Assembly: GCA_022821145.1 (NCBI GenBank)
Contig: JAJEEE010000084.1
Span: forward strand, 10,295-74,294
Length of the DNA stretch: 64,000 nt
Direction: 5' to 3'
From: Acidobacteriota bacterium
GTDB lineage: Bacteria; Acidobacteriota; Terriglobia; 20CM-2-55-15
The notes beneath the pieces are model-generated. The model saw only the letters and a list, made by a program, of their open reading frames with translations, did no database searches and had not been told where the DNA came from. Position numbers and translations under genes: made by a program. Numbering within the stretch: the first letter of the stretch is position 1; every line of letters begins with the position of its first letter. Below are positions 56,929-64,000 of the stretch, piece by piece.

Positions 56929-57639
56929 ATGAACAAGGCCGCTTTCTACGACCTGGACGGCACTCTGCTGGACTGCAACCTGGTTTCCACGCACGCCTAC
57001 TACGCCCGCAACGACCGGTCGCCCGTGAAGAGCGCATACCAGTTCACCAAGGTTCTGCTGAGCGTGCCGTTCCTGTTCGCGCTGAGCCTCCATTCGCGGT
57101 CGCTGTTCACCGCCGCGTCCTTCCGCGCCTACCGGGGCATGCACCGGGACCGCCTGGTCGGGTTGGCCGACGACCTGTTCGAGGTGACGCTGAAGCCGTC
57201 GATCTTTCCGCATGCGGGCGAGCTGATCGAAACCACGCGCGCGCTGGGTTACCGGAACGTCCTGGTCACGGGCACGCTGGACTTCACCATCCGCCCCGTG
57301 GCGCTGCACTTCGGGATCCACGACGTGATCTCGAACCGGCTCGAGTTCAAGCGGCACGTCGCCACGGGCCGCGTCCACGGCAAGCTGCTCGCCGAAAGCG
57401 AGAAGGCGCGCGCGGTGCGGGAGTACGCCGACCGCGAGGGGCTGGACCTGGCCCGGTGCTGCGCGTTCTCCGACAGCTCGGCCGACGTGCCGATGCTCTC
57501 GGCCGTCGGTCATCCCGTGGCCACGAACCCCACGCGGCGCCTGCGCCGCATCGCCCATCGGAACGGTTGGCCGATTCTTGAGCTGGACGCGTCGTCTCCC
57601 CGGTATCCCTCCTTCCTGCAGCCCGCGAGCACGCATTGA
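56929..57639 (+). CDS. HAD-IB family hydrolase (phosphoserine-phosphatase-like)
   Basis: FYDLDGTLL (DxDxT), VLVTGT, SDSSADVPML (motif IV). Membrane-associated N-terminal helix typical of the TIGR01490 subfamily. Confidence 0.7.
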   Translation: MNKAAFYDLDGTLLDCNLVSTHAYYARNDRSPVKSAYQFTKVLLSVPFLFALSLHSRSLFTAASFRAYRGMHRDRLVGLADDLFEVTLKPSIFPHAGELIETTRALGYRNVLVTGTLDFTIRPVALHFGIHDVISNRLEFKRHVATGRVHGKLLAESEKARAVREYADREGLDLARCCAFSDSSADVPMLSAVGHPVATNPTRRLRRIAHRNGWPILELDASSPRYPSFLQPASTH

Positions 57640-57643
57640 GGCG

Positions 57644-58315
57644 ATGATTCACGTCCGGAACCTGATCAAGACGATCGATACCGGTTCGCACCGCGTGGAG
57701 ATTCTCAGGGACATCACCTTCGACGTGCCCGCCGCGGAGGTCCTGGCCGTCATGGGCCCGTCGGGCAGCGGCAAGAGCACGCTGCTGGGCATGCTGGCGG
57801 GTCTGGACTGGCCCACGTCGGGTTCGGTCGCGATCGACGGCGTCGAGATCACCTCGCTGGACGAGGACGCGCTGGCGGAGGTTCGCGGGCGCAAGATCGG
57901 GTTCGTGTTCCAGGCCTACCAGTTGATTCCCACGCTGACGGCGCTGGAGAACGTCCTGCTCCCGGCCGAGATGCTCGGCGGCGTCGACAACGGCGGTCCC
58001 GCGCGCGCCCGCGGCCTGCTCGGGAGCGTGGGTCTGGCCGAGCGCCACGATCACTATCCGGCGCAACTCTCCGGCGGCGAGCAGCAGCGAGTCGCCGTGG
58101 CGCGCGCGTTCATGATGCGGCCGTCGGTTCTTCTGGCGGACGAGCCGACCGGGAACCTGGACAGCGAGAACGGGAACCACGTGCTGGAGCTGCTGTTGAC
58201 GCTGAACCGCGACGAGGGCGCGACGCTGGTCCTGGTGACGCACGACCGGGAGCTGGCGTCCCACGCGGATCGGACGATCACCCTGAAGGACGGGCGGATC
58301 GTGGGGGACGCGTGA
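57644..58315 (+). CDS. ABC transporter ATP-binding protein (YbbA/LolD/MacB-ATPase-like)
   Basis: Walker A GPSGSGKST, signature LSGGEQQRVAVARA, Walker B LLADEPTGNLD, H-loop VTHD. Stop overlaps the permease GTG start. Confidence 0.85.
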   Translation: MIHVRNLIKTIDTGSHRVEILRDITFDVPAAEVLAVMGPSGSGKSTLLGMLAGLDWPTSGSVAIDGVEITSLDEDALAEVRGRKIGFVFQAYQLIPTLTALENVLLPAEMLGGVDNGGPARARGLLGSVGLAERHDHYPAQLSGGEQQRVAVARAFMMRPSVLLADEPTGNLDSENGNHVLELLLTLNRDEGATLVLVTHDRELASHADRTITLKDGRIVGDA

Positions 58316-60834
58316 GGTTCGCCTTCCGCATGGCCTGGCGCGAAGCCCGCGCGGCGCGCGGGCGCTTCGTCTTCGTGATCCTGGCCATCGCCGCCGGCGT
58401 GGGCGCGCTGACCGGCGTCAAGGGCTTCAACGAATCGGTGCGCCACACGCTGCTGGCCGAGGCCCGGACGCTGATGGGCGCCGACCTGGCCGTGCGCCTG
58501 CAGGTGGACCCGACCCCGGAGGAGATCGCATTCCTCGAAGGCCTCCGTTCCGAGGGCATCGATTTCACCCCGGTCACCGAGACGGTGTCGATGGCCTCGT
58601 CGGCGTCGGTGACGCTGCCGCTCCTGAGCTCGGTCAAGGCCGCCGACCTGTCGGCGTATCCCTACTACGGCGATCTGGAACTCGATCCGTCCGGGGCCGG
58701 GTTGACCGAGGATCGGGTCGCGGTTTCCAGCGACCTGCTCCTGCGCCTCGGCGTCGAGGTCGGCGACGTGATCCGGGTGGGCGCCGGGGAGTTCACCATC
58801 GCCGCCGTGTCGGTGAGCGAGCCCGACCGCATGACGACCGGCTTCACGCTGGGGCCGCGCGTGCTGATGACCCGTTCGGGCTTCGACCGGGCGGGGATGA
58901 ACGTGCCCGGCAGCCGCGCCACCGAGCGCCTGCTGTTGCGGCTTCCCGCCGGCGCCGACCTGCAGACCGTGCGGGACGAGGTGTCCGGCGTTTTCGGGCG
59001 GCGCGGCCGGGTGTCGGACTACACCGAGGAGAACCGCACGCTCTCGCGCGGGTTGCGCCGCGCGACGACGTTCCTGAGCCTGGTCAGCCTGATCGCCCTG
59101 ATCGTCGGCGGCCTCGGCGTGGCGACGTCCATCGAAGGGCACATCAAGCAGAAGATGGACTCCATCGCCATGATCAAGTGCGTGGGCGGGCGCTCGGGGC
59201 AGATCATGCGGATGTACCTGGCCCAGGCTCTGTTGCTCGGGTTCGCGGGCAGCCTCGCCGGGGTCGTGCTCGGATTCGGGGTCCAGGCCGTGTTCCCGCG
59301 ATTCCTGGTGGCGTACTTCGATGTCGACGTGGCATGGGTCGTGTCCTGGGCGCCCATCTTCCAGGGTATCCTCGCCGGCGTGATGACCGCGCTGCTGTTC
59401 ACGATCCCGCCGCTGCTGTCGATCGCCGAGATCCGCCCGGCGTTGATCTTCCGCCGCGACATGGACGAAGCGCGGCCCCGGCGCCGGGACTGGAAGCCGC
59501 ATGCGGCATTCGGCGCGATCGGCGTGGGCCTCTGGGCGATGGCCGTCTGGATCGGCGGCTCGTTCGAGGCGGGTTCCATCTTCGCCGGCGGCGTGATCGT
59601 GAGCGCCGTCGTGCTGCTCCTGGCGGGGAAGGGCACGCTCGCGGTCATTCGGCGGCTCGTCGGCCGGTTCGGCCGAGGGTGGCCGCCGGCGCTTCGATAC
59701 GGCGTCGCCAACCTGTACCGGCCCGGTTCGCATATGGCCGCGATCCTGGCGGCCCTGGGAATCGGGGTCATGTTCACGCTGTCCGTGCAACTTCTGCAGG
59801 GCACGCTCATCGATCAACTCGTCGCCAGCGCGCCGCCGGACATGCCGAACGTCTACATGATCAACATCACCGACCGGGAGCGCGAGGGCCTCTGGGACCT
59901 GCTGGAGACCCACGACGGCGTGATCGAGGCGCCCCCGGCCTCCCCGGCGGTATCGGCGCTGCTGCACACGGTGGAGGGCGTGCCGATCGAGGACATGGAC
60001 CGGGTCCCGGGACAGCGCCGGTACCTGCGGTCGCAGTTCCAGTTGACGTGGGCCGACGCCGAGCCGCCGGCGACGGAGCTGCTCGAGGGCGAGTGGTGGG
60101 CGCCGGGGACCCCGGAGGCGCTGGTGTCGGTCGAGGACAACGCCGCCGGCGTCCTCGGACTGGAGCCCGGGGACGCCGTGGAGTGGAGCATCGGGGGGCG
60201 CGTGGTCGGCGCCCGGGTCGCCAACGTCCGGCGCACCGACAGCCAGCGCATGGGCGCGAACAACCAGTTCATCCTGACGCCCGGCACGCTCGACGGCTTC
60301 CCGGGCATCTACTACGGCGCGCTGCGCGTGGACCCGGACCGGGTGGGCGCGCTCCAGAGGGACGTCTTCGAGTTGTACCCGTCGGTCACCGTCGTGAACG
60401 CCGCCGACATCGTCGACATCGTCCAGGAAATGATCGGCGAGATCAGCCTCGTGGTCCGGTTCGTGGCCGCGTTCGCGATCTTGGGCGGCCTGATCATCCT
60501 GGCCGCGAGCGTCGCGGGTACGCGCTACCGCCGGATCCGGGAGGCGGCGATCCTGAAGACCGTCGGCGCCCGGAGATGGCGCGTCATCGGCGTCTTCTCG
60601 ATGGAGTTCCTGGTGCTGGGCGTGCTGGCCGGGTCGATCGGCGCGCTGCTGGCCGCCGCGTTCACGACCGTGATCGTCGAGCGGTTGATGGAAGGGACGT
60701 ACCAGGTGGACTGGACGCCGCTGGCCATCGCGGTCGGGGTGATGGCCGTCCTCACCCTGGCGACGGGGTGGGCCGCCAGCTTCCGGATTCTCGGCCAGAA
60801 ACCCCTGGAAGTCTTGCGGCGGGCCGACGCCTGA
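58312..60834 (+). CDS. ABC transporter permease with two FtsX domains and MacB-like periplasmic domains (YbbP-like, about 840 aa)
   Basis: Ten predicted TM helices in two 4-TM FtsX modules. Large periplasmic loops. Size and architecture match E. coli YbbP. Confidence 0.85.
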   Translation: MRFAFRMAWREARAARGRFVFVILAIAAGVGALTGVKGFNESVRHTLLAEARTLMGADLAVRLQVDPTPEEIAFLEGLRSEGIDFTPVTETVSMASSASVTLPLLSSVKAADLSAYPYYGDLELDPSGAGLTEDRVAVSSDLLLRLGVEVGDVIRVGAGEFTIAAVSVSEPDRMTTGFTLGPRVLMTRSGFDRAGMNVPGSRATERLLLRLPAGADLQTVRDEVSGVFGRRGRVSDYTEENRTLSRGLRRATTFLSLVSLIALIVGGLGVATSIEGHIKQKMDSIAMIKCVGGRSGQIMRMYLAQALLLGFAGSLAGVVLGFGVQAVFPRFLVAYFDVDVAWVVSWAPIFQGILAGVMTALLFTIPPLLSIAEIRPALIFRRDMDEARPRRRDWKPHAAFGAIGVGLWAMAVWIGGSFEAGSIFAGGVIVSAVVLLLAGKGTLAVIRRLVGRFGRGWPPALRYGVANLYRPGSHMAAILAALGIGVMFTLSVQLLQGTLIDQLVASAPPDMPNVYMINITDREREGLWDLLETHDGVIEAPPASPAVSALLHTVEGVPIEDMDRVPGQRRYLRSQFQLTWADAEPPATELLEGEWWAPGTPEALVSVEDNAAGVLGLEPGDAVEWSIGGRVVGARVANVRRTDSQRMGANNQFILTPGTLDGFPGIYYGALRVDPDRVGALQRDVFELYPSVTVVNAADIVDIVQEMIGEISLVVRFVAAFAILGGLIILAASVAGTRYRRIREAAILKTVGARRWRVIGVFSMEFLVLGVLAGSIGALLAAAFTTVIVERLMEGTYQVDWTPLAIAVGVMAVLTLATGWAASFRILGQKPLEVLRRADA

Positions 60835-60848
60835 CCGCGGCCGCCTTG

Positions 60849-62270
60849 CTACGGCAGGCGGGGAGCGTCGACCTCGGGCAGCCGCGCCGCCAGTCGCGCC
60901 TGGACTTCCGCCAGCGCCGGATCCCCGGCGAGGTTCCGCCATTCGTTGGGATCGGCTTCCAGGTCGTACAGCTCCTCGGAACCGTCCGGGTGCCGCGTGT
61001 ACCGGTAGCGCTGCCCGCGGACCGTGTGGTTCCGGAAACCGTCGGTCGTGATGGCCACGTGGTCCCATTCCGCCCCGGGATTCTCGATCAGGGGCAGCAG
61101 GCTGGCGCCTTCCAGGTGGTCCGGCACGGGCAGCCCGGCCAGTTCGGCCAGCGTCGGATAGACGTCCAGCAGCGACACCGGGCGGTCGGAGCGGCTGCCG
61201 GGCGTTGTCACGCCCGGCGCGGCGATGATCAGGGGCACGCGGGTCGATTCGGTCCACAGCGAGTTCTTGCGCCACCGGTGCTTTTCGCCCAGGTGAAAGC
61301 CGTGGTCCGACAGCAGGACGACGATCGTGTCGTCGGCCCGCCCGCTCGCGTCGAGCGCGTCAAGCAGCCGTCCGACCATCGCGTCGGCGAACGACGTGCT
61401 GGCCAGGTAGGCCTGCACGGCGTCGGGCCAGACGCCCGCTTCCAGCACCCAGTCGTGCATCGCGTTTCCCTGCGACGGCGCCGTCCGGGCGATCTCGGGG
61501 ACGTCGTCCAGGTCGTTCTCGATCGTGGTGGGCAGCTCGATCTCCGCCAGCGGGTGCATGTCGAGATAGGGCTGCGGGACGTACCAGGGAAGGTGGGGCC
61601 GGTAGATGCCGGCCGCCAGGAAACGGGGGCCGACGGCGGGCTCCGCGATCCGTCCCTCCACCCATCCGACGACTTGGCCGTCGCCCATGGCGCGTTCGTC
61701 GACCCACACGCGCGACCAGTCGAACCCGAAGAAACCCGGGTTCTCGTTGGCCGGGCGGGCGGGCGGCCCGACCTCGTCGGGAAGCTGCCGGTCCAGGGCC
61801 GGGTAGAAGTCGTTCCAGGCCGTCGTGTCGTTCAGGCCGAAGAATCCGGGCGCGCTGTAGGTGTGGGCGTGGAAGAGCTTGCCCGCGCCGAACGTGGCGT
61901 ACCCATTGTCCATGAAATGGCCGGGAAGCGTCCGGACCCCGTCGAAGACGTCTAGCGTCCGCCAGTCGGGCGCATTGTCGTAGACGCCCGACGTCGAGGG
62001 GCGCAGCCCGGTCATGAACGCGGTCCGGGACGGGTTGCACAACGGCGCGGTGGTGTGCGCGTTCGTGAACGTGATGCCGCGCTCGGCCAAACGGTCCATG
62101 TTCGGCGTCCGAACGTTGGGATGGCCGCCCAGGGGGCCCACCCAGTCGTTCAGGTCGTCGATGGTGATCAGCAGGACGTCGGGCGGCCCTTGGGCGCCGG
62201 CCGGAGCGGCCAGGCACAGGCCGAGCGCTGCGGCCGTCAGTCCCGCGGCGAACCCTCGTCGGCGTCGCAT
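60849..62270 (-). CDS. Sulfatase (formylglycine-dependent), secreted
   Basis: Formylglycine motif TAPLCNPSRTAFMTG (C-x-P-S-R). Signal peptide MRRRRGFAAGLTAAALGLCLAAPAGAQ. LLSDHG metal-binding segment. Confidence 0.8.
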   Translation of the reverse strand: MRRRRGFAAGLTAAALGLCLAAPAGAQGPPDVLLITIDDLNDWVGPLGGHPNVRTPNMDRLAERGITFTNAHTTAPLCNPSRTAFMTGLRPSTSGVYDNAPDWRTLDVFDGVRTLPGHFMDNGYATFGAGKLFHAHTYSAPGFFGLNDTTAWNDFYPALDRQLPDEVGPPARPANENPGFFGFDWSRVWVDERAMGDGQVVGWVEGRIAEPAVGPRFLAAGIYRPHLPWYVPQPYLDMHPLAEIELPTTIENDLDDVPEIARTAPSQGNAMHDWVLEAGVWPDAVQAYLASTSFADAMVGRLLDALDASGRADDTIVVLLSDHGFHLGEKHRWRKNSLWTESTRVPLIIAAPGVTTPGSRSDRPVSLLDVYPTLAELAGLPVPDHLEGASLLPLIENPGAEWDHVAITTDGFRNHTVRGQRYRYTRHPDGSEELYDLEADPNEWRNLAGDPALAEVQARLAARLPEVDAPRLP

Positions 62271-62388
62271 GCGCGACACTCTACCAGTTGTCGGAGAACC
62301 GTTTCCAGGACTTCCCGCGCGAGCGCGGAGCGGACGTACTGATATTCTTGGATGCGTGCGTGCGGTGCTTGATCGGGGTGGGGGGAAC

Positions 62389-62832
62389 ATGAGGATTCTG
62401 ACCGCGCTGTTCATGGTGATCGCGTGGACGGCGCCGGCGGGGGCCCAATCCGATGACTCGGCGAAGCGCCGTCACGTCCTTCCGCATATCGCCGACGGGG
62501 ACGGGTGGCAATCGTCCCTTCTGGTCACGAACGTATCGCCCGCGGCAGCTTCCTGCACGGTCCGGTTGACGGGGCTGACCGCGGCGCGGTTCGAATCCGC
62601 CGCGGGCCTGTTCAGGACTGGTTCGACCGCGACGTTCGCTCTTCGGGGCTCCGGCGGCTTCCTGGAGTGGCGCTCCAGGAACGAGTCGGAGTTGGCCTCC
62701 GGCTACGCCACCGTCGATTGCACCGAGCCGGTCGTGGCGCAGGTCGTGTTCGCGTCGGTCGACGACACGGGCCGAAGGCTGGGAATGGCCACGGTATTCA
62801 GCTCGCAAGCCGGTAACAGGTTCCGGTTCTGA
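62389..62832 (+). CDS. First module (signal peptide + A1) of a modular tandem-repeat secreted protein; terminates at a frameshift relative to the downstream modules
   Basis: MRILTALFMVIAWTAPAGAQ signal. HVLPHIADGDGWQSSLLVTNVS...WRSRNESELASGY...GMATVFSSQAGNRFRF*. The homologous A2 module reads through into module B. Confidence 0.5.
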   Translation: MRILTALFMVIAWTAPAGAQSDDSAKRRHVLPHIADGDGWQSSLLVTNVSPAAASCTVRLTGLTAARFESAAGLFRTGSTATFALRGSGGFLEWRSRNESELASGYATVDCTEPVVAQVVFASVDDTGRRLGMATVFSSQAGNRFRF

Positions 62833-63870
62833 CGCCCGCGGCCACGCTCGGACTCGCCATCGCGAACGACACGGGTTACGAGGCGGTCTGCTGGATGGAC
62901 CTCGAAGGCCATCCTTCCCGAATAGTGACTCGGTTCCGACTCGATGTGCCCTCCAAGACCTCCATGGCGCGCATGCTCAACGAGCTCGTTTCGATTCCCG
63001 AAACGTTCTCCGAAGGCGCGTTGACCATGAATTGCACTCGGGAAGTCACACTCGTCGGGTTGCACTTCGAGCTGCGGCCCGACGGCGGCATCGTCACCTT
63101 CAACACGCTGCCGCCGACGCTTCTCGGCAGCAACTACGTCGACGGCCAACGCGAATCGGCGGTCGACGCAACGGCGAGACGCGTTCACGTGGTGCCGCAC
63201 ATCGCCGACGGGGGCGGGTGGCAGTCCTGGCTGATCGTCACGAACGTCTGGCGATACGAAAGCGTGTGCGTGCTGGACTTGCACGGCTTGGCGGCGGACC
63301 GGTTCGAGGAAGCCGACGAGGTTTCCGTGCCGGTTTCGACAGCCACCTTCACACTTCCGGAATCGGGCGGGCACTTCGTATGGCGCAGTCGGAACGAGTC
63401 GGCATTGGCGTCCGGCTACGGCATTCTCGACTGCACGTGGCCGGTCACGGTGCAGCTCGTGTTCGCGTCGATCGGCGAGGGTGGCGAGCCGACGGGGATG
63501 GCCACGGTCTTCAGCTCCCAGGCCGGATCGAAGTTCCAGCTGCCGGTGCTGACGCCGGAAGCCGCGGTCGGATTTGCAATCGCCAACGATACGGACGTCG
63601 ACGCCGCCTGCCGTCTCGGCGTCGCAGACCGGCGCCGGGTGAACGTGGGCGAAGCTGTCCTGTCGGTTCCATCCAGGTCCAACTACGCGCAAATGCTCCG
63701 GGCCGCGATCGCGTTGCCGGAAACGTTCCCGGGAGGAACGGCCACGATCGCGTGCGACCCACAGGTCGCGACCATCGGACTGCATTTCGAGTTGAGTGCA
63801 GACGGCGCCATCGATACGTTCAACACGCTCCCGCCGGCCGTTCTGGAGGCGTCTGCCGAGCGAACCCTTG
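62440..63870. repeat. About 700-bp direct tandem repeat (two A-B units, about 70-80% identical) underlying the modular protein
   Basis: Compare CACATCGCCGACGGGGACGGGTGGCAATCGTCCC (62474) with CACATCGCCGACGGGGGCGGGTGGCAGTCCTGGC (63198). Compare GGAATGGCCACGGTATTCAGCTCGCAAGCCGG with GGGATGGCCACGGTCTTCAGCTCCCAGGCCGG. Confidence 0.6.
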
Positions 63871-64000
63871 CCGCGCGGGCGGCGTCGGACCGGGCTGCGC
63901 TGGAGGCTTTCTACGATGCGGCCGGCGGTCCGGGTTGGGTCGATCGCACGAACTGGAAAACCGACGCGCCTCTCCGGGAGTGGCACGGAGTGTGGACGAA
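62817..64000 (+). CDS. Continuation (modules B1-A2-B2 plus start of an LRR N-terminal cap) of the tandem-repeat secreted protein; open to the window end
   Basis: Stop-free frame to 64000. B modules: (Q/K)VPVLTP(A/E)A.LGLAIANDT...LHFEL..DG.I.TFNTLPP. A2: HVVPHIADGGGWQSWLIVTNV...WRSRNESALASGY...GMATVFSSQAGSKFQ. Ends ...ALEAFYDAAGGPGWVDRTNWKTDAPLREWHGVWT, a typical bacterial LRR cap. Confidence 0.45.

Noticed and set aside
62703-63986. 427-aa minus-strand ORF
   Set aside because: It is antisense to the tandem-repeat secreted protein. The plus-strand frame has a signal peptide, repeats and an LRR cap.
1-64000. tRNA, rRNA and ncRNA scan by eye in all intergenic gaps over 80 bp
   Set aside because: No T-loop (GTTCGAATC or GTTCAAATC) with cloverleaf context was found. 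No rRNA-like conserved blocks were found.

Overview
This is a 64 kb, high-GC (about 68-70%) bacterial chromosomal window with dense coding on both strands. There are no rRNA genes, no tRNA genes that I could see by eye, and no CRISPR array. The gene content points to an Acidobacteriota- or Gemmatimonadota-like organism, but taxon placement is a guess. That content includes a DUF1592/DUF1501 pair, a PadR regulator with an ADOP-type FtsX permease, a G8-domain beta-helix protein, a DUF5916 protein, an Oar-like TonB receptor and an M28 peptidase. I call about 55 protein-coding genes.

The main structures are:
- An accessory island at about 13.6-17.8 kb with an AT-richer core from about 15.5 kb. 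It holds an HNH_2-type nuclease, a TfoX-N protein, an RHH antitoxin and two unknown-function genes (278 aa and 372 aa). This is my best candidate for a new defence or conflict system.
- A second low-GC island at about 20.5-24.4 kb. It holds an IS3 OrfA remnant, a frameshifted paralog of a secreted protein whose intact copy lies at 11.7 kb, a DUF2075 ATPase fused to a PD-(D/E)xK nuclease, and an orphan VapB-like antitoxin.
- An IS630-family transposase at 33.8-34.6 kb.
- A diverged tandem duplication at 37.3-39.0 kb within a metal-uptake-like locus: TonB-dependent receptor, DUF2946-like Cys/His protein, MerT-like permease.
- A probable ether-lipid biosynthesis cluster at 50.3-56.6 kb: alkyl-DHAP synthase (AGPS), SDR reductase, fatty acyl-CoA reductase (FAR) and an SGNH hydrolase, next to PlsY and a HAD-IB hydrolase.
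- A YbbA/YbbP-like ABC transporter, and a modular tandem-repeat secreted protein with an LRR cap that runs off the 3' end of the window.

Coordinates come from the supplied ORF track frames with start codons refined by eye. Hand-indexed positions can be off by 1 nt. All family assignments are motif recognition from the translations, not database searches.
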